Below, piece after piece: positions 34,353 to 43,600 of a DNA stretch of 63,331 nucleotides. The notes beneath the pieces are model-generated. The model was not told the DNA's origin and made no database searches. It was given only the letters and a program-made list of their open reading frames with translations. This stretch comes from a virus (lineage: Duplodnaviria > Caudoviricetes), in IMG/VR virus record IMGVR_UViG_3300028585_000024, positions 1 to 63,331 of that record; one strand, given 5' to 3'. Position numbers and translations under genes: made by a program. Every line of letters starts with the position of its first letter. The first letter of the stretch is position 1.

Positions 34353-36197
34353 TTAGCAAGGGAATGAGGGAACGCGGATTGGCGTGATGTATGACTGAAG
34401 CGATTCGAGGCCGTCACGCGCAGAGAGCATGCGGCAGTAGATCACGACCGTTCCGCAGATGCCCAGCGCATTGCCGGCCGCGAGACCGTCGGCCTGTGCC
34501 ATCGCGTAGGTGTAGGCGAACGTCATGCCGGCGAGCGGGTTCGCGTTGCCTGTTGGCGAGGCGATGTCCTCTTGGCGCAGAACGTGCTCGACCGGCGCGC
34601 CGCCTTCGGTCTGTGCCGGCGTCTCGTAATAGAAGCGCAGCCGCGTGACTTGGCCGGCCTCCGCGCCCTTGTCCTCGTCCTCGTGCGCCACGATGCCGGA
34701 ACCCTGTGCAACGCGATTGCGGCGCGCCCACGAGAACAGCGTCGAGGCTCCGCTGACCGCCTGTGCTTCCTCGAACCATGGGCGACCATTCACGACCACC
34801 CGGCCTGGCGCATACGGCAGTTCCGCGCGGCGCCCGAAGGTCACGTTGTTCGACGGCAGATCGTCGAGCGAGTACGGCGAACCATAGCTCACCGGCCGCA
34901 GCTTGTATTGCACCGGCTCGCCGTCCGTGCGCTCGATGGCGTCGAAGGAGTAGGTCACGCCGATCAGCCATGCGCGGGCGCCGGCAATGTGGACACGCGG
35001 CACGGTGTCGCAGCAGCCACGCCGGACAACGATCTGTGTCGGGCTGACGGTCTCGATCTGGACGAGTTCATCGTCGATAAGCACCAGGTCGCCGGCTTTG
35101 GCTGCGGCCAGTGATACGCCGTTGTACAGCGACGACGTGCGGATATTGATCGTGGTCTCCAGTTCCGGCATGCGGAAGTCCAGCGTGACCCATGGTGTGA
35201 AGTGCGCGCCGTCTTGCAACTGCACGCCGTTGCCGACAAGCTGGTAGAGATCGGCCATGCGGTCGACCGGACGAGCGCCCATCGCGACAGCGTAATTGCC
35301 GGCGTAGTTCATCACGTTGCGCGCCACGTTGATCGCATACGGCGACTCGATCACCCGCTGCGCGAATCCCATGAGTGGCGGCGTCTCGATGCTGCCTGGC
35401 GCGAGGATGAAGTCGGCCTCGTAGGTTTGCCACGCCTCGAAGCCTTCCCGCATCGACGTGAACAGGATCGTCGGCATCTGCGAGGAAGTCAGTTGCCCCA
35501 GGTCGTGAAGCGCCTGTGCGCGCCGGTAGTAGAACTCAGCGCCGACGATGCCGACCTCGGTGCGAACCACATCGCCGCTCACCGGATGAACCACCGAGAC
35601 GCTGTACGTGGTGCCGGGTTCAGGGCCGACCGATGCCGCGTCATGGCCTACCAGGTGATCGGCTTGCAGCACGCGGTCACGGTGCGCCCAGGACAGGTGC
35701 AGGGCCGGCGTGTCGATGTCGACGGTTGCGGCGACGGTCCAGCGCTCGCCGTTGATCTGGAAGCGGCCTGGCGGATACGGGCGGTTGAATCTCCAGTTGA
35801 ACTCGATCAGGTGCGGCGGCGCGGCGTCGAGCGGCACAGCGGCGCTCGTGGTGTACGGCGTGACCTTCACGCTGACTTCCTCGGTGGCTGCGCGTTCCAC
35901 CTCGTCGGTTCCCACGGTGCCGGCGTCGAAGATCCAGGCCAGCGAGTTCGCCGGGTGTTCGGCAGGGATGGTGTCGGCGCAGCCGCGATCCACGGTGATC
36001 GACAGCAGGCCCACGTCGGTGACGGACATGATCTCACCGTTGACCATCACGGCCATGTCGACCTCGATTGCGTCGAGCGATGGGAAGTTGAATCGGGTGT
36101 AGTTGATGATGGTGTCGAAGCGGCCGAGCGGCGCGTCGAGAATGACCATGGCCGTGAAGCTGCCTTGGCCGGTTTCTGCGTAATCGGAATTTGCCAT
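34353..36197 (-). CDS. tail tip protein, paralog A (two repeat domains)
   Basis: two RGC.DT.P..H...W / PY.PG units; collinear with paralog B. Confidence 0.75.
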   Translation of the reverse strand: MANSDYAETGQGSFTAMVILDAPLGRFDTIINYTRFNFPSLDAIEVDMAVMVNGEIMSVTDVGLLSITVDRGCADTIPAEHPANSLAWIFDAGTVGTDEVERAATEEVSVKVTPYTTSAAVPLDAAPPHLIEFNWRFNRPYPPGRFQINGERWTVAATVDIDTPALHLSWAHRDRVLQADHLVGHDAASVGPEPGTTYSVSVVHPVSGDVVRTEVGIVGAEFYYRRAQALHDLGQLTSSQMPTILFTSMREGFEAWQTYEADFILAPGSIETPPLMGFAQRVIESPYAINVARNVMNYAGNYAVAMGARPVDRMADLYQLVGNGVQLQDGAHFTPWVTLDFRMPELETTINIRTSSLYNGVSLAAAKAGDLVLIDDELVQIETVSPTQIVVRRGCCDTVPRVHIAGARAWLIGVTYSFDAIERTDGEPVQYKLRPVSYGSPYSLDDLPSNNVTFGRRAELPYAPGRVVVNGRPWFEEAQAVSGASTLFSWARRNRVAQGSGIVAHEDEDKGAEAGQVTRLRFYYETPAQTEGGAPVEHVLRQEDIASPTGNANPLAGMTFAYTYAMAQADGLAAGNALGICGTVVIYCRMLSARDGLESLQSYITPIRVPSFPC

Positions 36198-37678
36198 TAT
36201 GGATTCGGTGCGGTGCCTGGTGGGTAGTCCTCTTCTTCCGGTGGCCCGTTCTTCACGTACAGGTCATAGGCGAGCGAGAGGTCGGTGGGCTTCGCGACCA
36301 CGGTGCCGATGAAGCCGGCATCAGGTGCGAGGTAGTCGAAGTCGGCGGGCGACATGCCGGCGCGGATCAGGAAGTACGGCAACTCGAACGCCCGGTGTTC
36401 TTTCAATTCAGGCTTCGTGTTCGGCTGCACCCAATTCGGCGGCTCGTTACCGATGAATGACGAAGTAGGCAGCGAGAACACGTCCTGCACCGCCGTGATG
36501 GTGATCGTGCCGTTCGTCAGCGTACCGTCTTCGACGGCGCCCACGCGCACCACCATTTCGCCGACGCCGCGCACCACGTCGCTCAAGCGAAATACGCTTG
36601 CCGGCGCGATCCGCCATGCGCGGCGGTCCATCGTGATCTTGAACCGGCGCAGCGACATCGCATTGATGCGCAGATCCCGCTGGCCCACGCGGCGCGCGAG
36701 ACCGTTGGTCGGCAGGCCGGGGTAGCTTTTCTTCAGCGAGTTGAACACGCCGCGCGAGGCTTGCAGCGAGGCGAGGTTCTGCTGGTTCACGGTGCGCGTC
36801 TCGCCGGTAACAGGGTCGACGTACTCGACCACTACTTCGTTCACGGCCGGCCCGAGCGCCGAGCTTTCCGCTTCCTTGATCTCCAGAATGCCGCTGTCGG
36901 TGGTGTAGATCGGCAGGGTCGTCGGCTCATAGTCGAAGCGGATCAACTTCAGCGTAATCGTTGCAGTTTCGCGGTCGGCGTAGATGGCTGCACCGATGTG
37001 GTCGATCACGGTCTGGATGAACGCTTGCAGGTTTTCACGGCGGGTCCAGCGCAGACACAGGCCGAAGCCTTCCTCGAACAGCGTGTCGGCGGCTTGCGTG
37101 AACGATGCGACGTTCAGCGCCGACTCCGGCAGGCCGCGCCCCCACTCGCTGTTGGTCAGGCATTCGTAGATGATGTGCGCCGGGTTCATCGCGTGGATCT
37201 TCGTGTCGACGTTCTCGTCGCCCTGTTTCAGCGGTTGGCCGTCGAGGATGATGCGCGCCTTCTCGGGATACCACGGCGCGTCGTTCTGCCAACCCTTCAT
37301 GCTGCGCCGCATCCGCATCTTCCACGGCTTCGGGTACGGCGAGTTCGAGGCGATCTGTCCGTTGAAGAACGCGGTACACATTTTGCGGAATCCCGGCAGC
37401 GCGCGGCCAATCATCGACACGAGGCCCGGCGCCGCAACCTGGTCAGGTTTCCCCATCATCAGATTGAACGTGCCGACCACGCCGCCTTCCCGCTTGTCGC
37501 CGCCGAACACGTCAGGCGCATTGATGCTCACGGTGCTGCTGTCAACCATGTTCCCCTGCCACACCATCTTGTCGCCGACGCGGATCTCGATGATCTCGTC
37601 CACCGGGCCACGGCTCAGGCCCATGTGAATGCCGAAGAAGTACCTGTAGCCGGTGGTCTGTTTTTTACTGCTGCCCAT
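36197..37678 (-). CDS. central tail/hub protein
   Basis: GYRYFFGIHMGL, FGGDKREGG, SPYPKPW, MNPAHIIYECLTN.EWGRG motifs. Confidence 0.8.
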   Translation of the reverse strand: MGSSKKQTTGYRYFFGIHMGLSRGPVDEIIEIRVGDKMVWQGNMVDSSTVSINAPDVFGGDKREGGVVGTFNLMMGKPDQVAAPGLVSMIGRALPGFRKMCTAFFNGQIASNSPYPKPWKMRMRRSMKGWQNDAPWYPEKARIILDGQPLKQGDENVDTKIHAMNPAHIIYECLTNSEWGRGLPESALNVASFTQAADTLFEEGFGLCLRWTRRENLQAFIQTVIDHIGAAIYADRETATITLKLIRFDYEPTTLPIYTTDSGILEIKEAESSALGPAVNEVVVEYVDPVTGETRTVNQQNLASLQASRGVFNSLKKSYPGLPTNGLARRVGQRDLRINAMSLRRFKITMDRRAWRIAPASVFRLSDVVRGVGEMVVRVGAVEDGTLTNGTITITAVQDVFSLPTSSFIGNEPPNWVQPNTKPELKEHRAFELPYFLIRAGMSPADFDYLAPDAGFIGTVVAKPTDLSLAYDLYVKNGPPEEEDYPPGTAPNP

Positions 37679-37895
37679 TGTTCACCTCTTTCTTCGCCGC
37701 CTCTTCGCGTGCGAGCCGGGACACCAGCAGCGCGAAGTGATCGCCAGTGGCCTCCATGGTCTCGACCGGCACGCCGTTCTTCAGATAATCCATGTAGTCG
37801 ATCTTGTACTGCTCGAACCACAAGCGCGAACCGCGCGCGCAAATGTCGGCAGCGGCCAGGTGTCGACGATGAACGCGAATGCCGCATTCGGTCAT
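37665..37895 (-). CDS. small tail assembly protein
   Basis: ICARGSRLWF...IDY.DYLKNGVP motif; tail-tip synteny. Confidence 0.7.
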   Translation of the reverse strand: MTECGIRVHRRHLAAADICARGSRLWFEQYKIDYMDYLKNGVPVETMEATGDHFALLVSRLAREEAAKKEVNNGQQ

Positions 37896-38128
37896 TTCTT
37901 GCCGCCTTTCTGTTTGATTTCCTCGACCCGATAATTGCCCACGGCGAGGACCATCCAGTCACCCGACCAGCAGTCGCCGAACACCACCGCTTGCGGCGTG
38001 CCTTCATCTGCTTGCGGGAAGTCGATGTCCTCGAATGCGGTGGGCGCTGGACCTTGCTGTTTCGGCGCCAGTGCCAACTGGATCAGCGCCGACACGACCA
38101 TCATTGCGATGGCGTAGTAGATGTTCAC
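37892..38128 (-). CDS. small tail assembly protein
   Basis: hydrophobic N-terminus; FPQADEGTPQAVVFG. Confidence 0.7.
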   Translation of the reverse strand: MNIYYAIAMMVVSALIQLALAPKQQGPAPTAFEDIDFPQADEGTPQAVVFGDCWSGDWMVLAVGNYRVEEIKQKGGKK

Positions 38129-38140
38129 GTTCGCGCCCCT

Positions 38141-38956
38141 TTAGAAAACAGGATCACCATCGAACGGTGATTTCCCCGGAAGATCGGGAATGCCGCCGTA
38201 GTTCTCCAAGTTGTTGAATTTAGATGCGCAATCGGCCGTGGTGCGCTTGCAGCCGGGGTACGCTCTGACATTGAGGCCGTAGTATAAGCCATCACCCAGG
38301 CCGAACATTTCGACGGTGTTGGATAGCTGGCGTTCGACAGCCCTGAACTCGGTGCCGCGCGACGGATGATCCCATTCCAAGAATCCGCCATCGAGCAGAC
38401 CATCGCTCAGGCTCGCGCCCTCCAGAACCACGATATTCCCCTGCACGTCATACACCTTCATTTCGATGACGTGCTCGGTCTTGTCCGCGCGGCAGGTGTG
38501 CGGGTCGTACAGCGCATAGGGACAGTTGCGCTGCCACGAGAGGCGCAGGCCGTCGCGCTGCATGGACGCATTGATCGCATCGCACGTCATGACGGCCTGG
38601 CCTGGCGCCGGCTGGTTCACCTGCATCAGTTCGCCCATGTAACCGAGGACCGCCTGGTTGTCGCTCTCGTGGTAGTAGAAGATCCGCACCATGATCGCGG
38701 CCGATGGCGGCGTGCCGATGAACAGTTGTGCCGGCGCGATGGTCGACGGCGCGGTGATCTCCAGGGTGTCCGTATTGGAATCGCCGGTTTGTTTGACGCC
38801 GCTATCGGAAATAGAAACGGCTTCCCATCGGTAGCCGCCGTAATTCACATCAGCGTCGGACGACGTGTACCGCCATACCGCCGCGCCGAGCGTGAATGAG
38901 TAGAGGAAAATGGGGCGACCTTCATCGTCGCTGATCTCGACTTCATTGAAACTCAT
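38141..38956 (-). CDS. DUF2163/BR0599-like tail protein
   Basis: RNCPYALYD..C and YPGCKRT..DC..KFNNLENYGGIP. Confidence 0.85.
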   Translation of the reverse strand: MSFNEVEISDDEGRPIFLYSFTLGAAVWRYTSSDADVNYGGYRWEAVSISDSGVKQTGDSNTDTLEITAPSTIAPAQLFIGTPPSAAIMVRIFYYHESDNQAVLGYMGELMQVNQPAPGQAVMTCDAINASMQRDGLRLSWQRNCPYALYDPHTCRADKTEHVIEMKVYDVQGNIVVLEGASLSDGLLDGGFLEWDHPSRGTEFRAVERQLSNTVEMFGLGDGLYYGLNVRAYPGCKRTTADCASKFNNLENYGGIPDLPGKSPFDGDPVF

Positions 38957-40629
38957 GCTGGGATTGTCCTCGGGTTGGTGGCCTGGCGAAGAACACACGC
39001 GACTTCGATCATCGCCTGGCCGTTTGTTGGATGGTGGATCTCGAACGAGTCTTGCGCGAAGCGCGTCTCACAGATGAACGAGATCCGCTTCAGGTCGGAC
39101 ATTGTAATCTGGGGCAGCGGGTCGACCAGTACCAGCACTTCGGCCACGAGGCGACCGGACTGGTACACCTCGCGCACTTCAGTGATGTCGGCGTAGACGG
39201 TGGGTGCGCTGTCGCGGAACTGGAACGCGATCTGCAATCGGATAGGCTGCGGCGAGAGCATCGAACGACGGAAGCCTTGCGGCTGCACCACGAGTTCGTT
39301 CGTGCCGCCGATGACATCGCCGACCGGGTACACGTCCTGCATGAACGACGGCGCGTAGAAGTGCCGGGCCATGCCGCGCGCCGCTTGGAGGAATTGGCGG
39401 AACCGAAACGCATTGGGTCGACCGAACACGCGCATGCGGGTCTGCACCACGGCCGATGTGTATTTGCCGTGATCGGTGATCGTCGGCTTGCCGGACGTGT
39501 TGTCGATGACGAACGACTTGCGGCTGTACTCGGTGTCGAGCGAGTTCGCGCGATCCACGGTGAAGCCGAAGATCGGCAGACCGCCGCCAGCGTTGCCCCA
39601 CGCCGCTTCGATGACGTAAGGGTCGTCCAGGGTGAAGCGCACCTCGGCGCTGCGCACCGTGTCCGTGATGCCGCTGGTTCGCGCGTCGCCTGGATCAATG
39701 TGTGCCACGCGCATCGGGAAGATCCGCGTACCGACCGGCCAGGCGCGCGGTGGTGGCGACTTCCACGAGAAGCGGTCTTGATCCACGTCGCCGATCTCCA
39801 GCAAGTCGTAATCGTTCGGGTCGCCGTTGTTCACGAACACGATGTCGCCGACACGGAATTCGCGCAGCCGCAGTTCGCCATCAGGGAATGTGACGCCGCT
39901 GGCCTCCATGTCGATGCCGTCGACCATGCGAACCTGCTCGTGCCACAACGGGACAAGGAACGGCGCGGGACCAACGCCGACCAGGAAAGCGTCGATGCGC
40001 GCCGCGTTCGCATCTTGGCGCAGAAACGACGCCTCGAACGACCGGCGCGCATTGCGGCGCACCGAGCGGCGCTGCTCGGCGTCGCGCTCACTGTCCAGAA
40101 TATCGGTCTGCCAGGACAGGCGTTCGGTGATGCCGCTCTGCCAGTTCGGCATGGTTGTCCACACCGGCATCGTGTAGCGAATGTCCTGGCTTGGCGGCAG
40201 ATCGTTGTCGTTGATCGCCGTGTCGTCCAATAGCCAGGCTTCCTTCGACGACGTGTAGAACACCTCGGCGCCGCGCATGATGACCATGGTGAAGTACGCG
40301 GGACTCGGGCCGGTGGTGAGGTTCTGGAGGATCACGTCGACCCGGTATTCACCGGCCGGGACATTCACCTCAGCGCGAGCCGGCACGGCCAGGGTAGGCG
40401 TCGCGATGATGCGCGCGTTTAGCTGGCTGGTTCCGATCCAGATCGTCGCCGCATCATCGGCTTCCACGATGAATGAGTAGTCGCCTTCGGGGAAGGTGAA
40501 GCGGCGCGAGAGGTAGAACGTGCTCGACCCTGGCGCCGCGTCGATTGGATCGGCGACCGAGACGATCCTTTCGCCGAGTGGATGGGTTTCAGGATCTTGC
40601 GGGAAGTCATAAGGGTTTCGCAGGGCCAT
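38953..40629 (-). CDS. distal tail protein
   Basis: follows tape measure; PNW..GITERLSWQTDIL.S....EQRRSVR. Confidence 0.75.
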   Translation of the reverse strand: MALRNPYDFPQDPETHPLGERIVSVADPIDAAPGSSTFYLSRRFTFPEGDYSFIVEADDAATIWIGTSQLNARIIATPTLAVPARAEVNVPAGEYRVDVILQNLTTGPSPAYFTMVIMRGAEVFYTSSKEAWLLDDTAINDNDLPPSQDIRYTMPVWTTMPNWQSGITERLSWQTDILDSERDAEQRRSVRRNARRSFEASFLRQDANAARIDAFLVGVGPAPFLVPLWHEQVRMVDGIDMEASGVTFPDGELRLREFRVGDIVFVNNGDPNDYDLLEIGDVDQDRFSWKSPPPRAWPVGTRIFPMRVAHIDPGDARTSGITDTVRSAEVRFTLDDPYVIEAAWGNAGGGLPIFGFTVDRANSLDTEYSRKSFVIDNTSGKPTITDHGKYTSAVVQTRMRVFGRPNAFRFRQFLQAARGMARHFYAPSFMQDVYPVGDVIGGTNELVVQPQGFRRSMLSPQPIRLQIAFQFRDSAPTVYADITEVREVYQSGRLVAEVLVLVDPLPQITMSDLKRISFICETRFAQDSFEIHHPTNGQAMIEVACVLRQATNPRTIPA

Positions 40630-40631
40630 AG

Positions 40632-43600
40632 TTAGATTCTCAGGAGCGACTTGATAGCCGGCAGGTTGTTCTTGATGGTCGCAATGATAACCCGCTCACC
40701 CGACGAGCTATTCATCGCTTCAGGCACCGACTGCCGGTCGTCGACCACCACGACGCGCGTGCCTGCATCCGCACCACCGCCACCAGCAGCGCCGCCCGAC
40801 TTGCCGCCGTTCAGGACGTGGCGTGGATCGTCGCGGGTCAGCACCTCTTCGTTGCGCTCCAAGATCGCCGGCACCTCGTTCGGACGGAACCCGGCCAAGC
40901 CGCCAGTGTGATATCGCATGGCGTTGCTGAACGCTTCCAGTGGCACGGTGCGGGTGAACGTGCGGTCCCGGCCAACGACACCGCCGCGATGCAGGCCAGT
41001 GCCAGCCACGCTGGCGCCTGCCGAGACAGCAGCACCGCCGATACCACTTGCCGCACCCATCGCCCGCACCAGCGCGTTCAGGATCAACTGACGGATGATC
41101 GCGGTCGCGATGTCTTGCAGCAGTTGAGCGAAGAACATGCCCACCGCCGACAGCGCGCCCTTGAATCCTTCACCGATGCTTCTCGCGCCGGTCGCCACTT
41201 CGGCGATGCTGGTTGCCAGCGCCTCGAATGCGGTGACGCCGTTGCCGGCCACCGAGTTCACGATCACTTTGTCCAGGTCGGTCGAGGCCGTCGTGGCATT
41301 CACCGTCTCCAGCTTCAGGCCGTTCGCCGCAGCCTTCGCTTTGTTGAACGACTCTTCGCTCATGCCGCCGACTTGCCGCGTCACGTCGAGCAGGCGGATC
41401 AGTTCGTCGATGGTCTCGGTGATGGACTGCTTGTACTGGCCGGTGACAGCGTTGGTCTGGTCCGCCTCCTGCTGTGCCGTAATCATGCCGAGCGAGCGCT
41501 GGGTCTTGATCTCGTCCAGTTTCGTTTTCTGCTCGTCCATCAGCGCGTTCAAGCGGGCCTGTTGTGCGACCACGTTGTTCGCCGCCGTCATCGCTTCAGT
41601 GTTCGCCGTGGCGAGGCCGGTGCGGATGCCTGACACGAGGGTCTGGAACGCCACCGGGTCCATGATCGAGCGGAAGCGCTCGGCGAACTCCAGCGCAGCC
41701 TGGCCGGCCGCTTGCACGCCTGGCCCGAGTTCGGCGATGGCCGCGTTCGTGCGTGCCTGCTGGTCCGTTGCCGAGATCAGGCCGGCATCGTACAGCGCAT
41801 TGATCTCTTCGATCTGCGTCTTCAGGATGGTCTGTGTGTCCTCGAAGTCTTTCGCCAGGCGCTCGGCTTCCTTGCGGTCGCTGTTCTGGCCGGCGAGCAG
41901 TTTGTGCTGGGCCTCCAATTCCTTCGTGCGCTTGAGGTCCGCTGCGGCCTGAGTCGGGTTGAACTTCGCGATTGCCGCGATGTCGTTCTCCAACTCGCGG
42001 TAGGCTTTCTGCACAGCGCCCACGGCGGCGGCGCGGCGCTGCTCGTAAGGGATCGTCGGGTCGGCCTTGCCTTCCCGGTTGGCGAGATCTTCCGCGATCT
42101 TGGCGAGGCGTTCGCTCACGGCCTCCTGCATGCGGATGCGCTTGTTGCCGGACTCCTGACCTTTGCGGTTCTGCTCGTTGGCGAACTTCGCGCGCTCGAC
42201 AGCCTGGGCCTTCAGCGACGAGGCGTTAATCATCTTCAGCGCCTCTTGCAGCTTGCTCTCGTCTTTGATCTCGCGCTCGGCCTGATCGCGTTTGATCTGG
42301 AACGTCTCGTCGACGATAGCCAGGCGGTCGGCCAATTCTTCCTTCGCCGACTTCAGGCGTTGCGCGCGCAGATTCTTTTCCGACCGCTTGTCTTCGCGCT
42401 CAAGATCCTTGCGCAGTCGCTTCAGCACGTCCTCGGGTCGATTGCCTGGATCTTCGGTTGCAGCTACCGGCGCTGCGGCCTTGAGCGATGCAGCGGCTTG
42501 CGCGCGCAGCGGCTCGAAGTCGATGTTCTTGTCGCGTGCTGCCGCGATTGCCCGGCCCTCGGCTTTCACCGCATCCACGGCGATGTCGCGCAGCTTCAGG
42601 TATTTGTCGCGCAGATCCTTCTCTTCCTTGGTGCCGCGCGCCTTGTTCGCCGCGTCCTGTGCGGCCTCGGCATCCTGGGTCGCCTTCAGCGTGGCCTTCA
42701 TCGCGTTGCTCACGTTGTCGCGCACCTTGTCGTCCAGCTTATCGAGCAGGAACGAAGTACCCTGGTATGCAGCGATGGCGAGGCCGATCATCGGGAGCCA
42801 GCGATACAGGGTCGCAAGCGCGGTGCTCAAGCTGCCCACGGCAATCGTGAGGCGGGCTACCACGCCGGTCAGGCCGGTCGCACCAGCGGCCAGGGTTGCG
42901 GCAGCAGCGGCGGCGCGCACGCCCATCTGCGTGTTCAGCGTCACCATGGCCCCGTTCAGCAGGACCACCTCGGCCAGTACAGCGCGGTACAGCGCCGGCA
43001 GCGTCACGAGCCACTTCAGCAGACCGATGCTGATGAGCGCGGCCACGGCGAACTTCAGTGCGTCGATGTTCTCGACCAGGGTTTCGATCACGCCGATCAC
43101 GGCCGCGAAGCCTGCCGACAAACTATTCGCCAGCCGGTCGCCGTCGCCGCCATCGAGCAGCGCGGTCATCTTCGTGAGGAATTCGGTATAGGCGTCGATG
43201 AAGCCACCCTCGGCGGTCGACGTGCGGAAGCGGTTGGCAGCGTTCTCGAAGCGGGCTTCAGCGGCGAGCAGGTTCACGGTCCCTTCGGACACGGTGCCGT
43301 AGGTTTTGCCGAGTTCGCGCGCGATGCCGATCACCTGGTCAGCGCTCACCTGGCCGAGTTCCATCATCTTCGTGTATTCCTCGACCGTCTTGCCGGCAGC
43401 GCGGGCCGCGATCTGGAATGCGCCAGGCAGGCGGTCGCCCAACTGACCGCGAAGTTCCTCGGCCTGCACAGTGCCTTTGGAAAGGATCTGCTCGAACGCC
43501 TTGAACACGCCTTCCAGTTCTTCCGTGGACAGGCGCGCCTTCACCGCCGACTCTGCGATGTTCTCGAAGATGAAACGGGTCTCTTGCGTGCTGAAGTTTG

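Noticed and set aside
22922-37678. Diversity-generating retroelement or invertible tail cassette
   Set aside because: No reverse transcriptase, invertase or near-identical template repeat seen; the paralogs are highly diverged.
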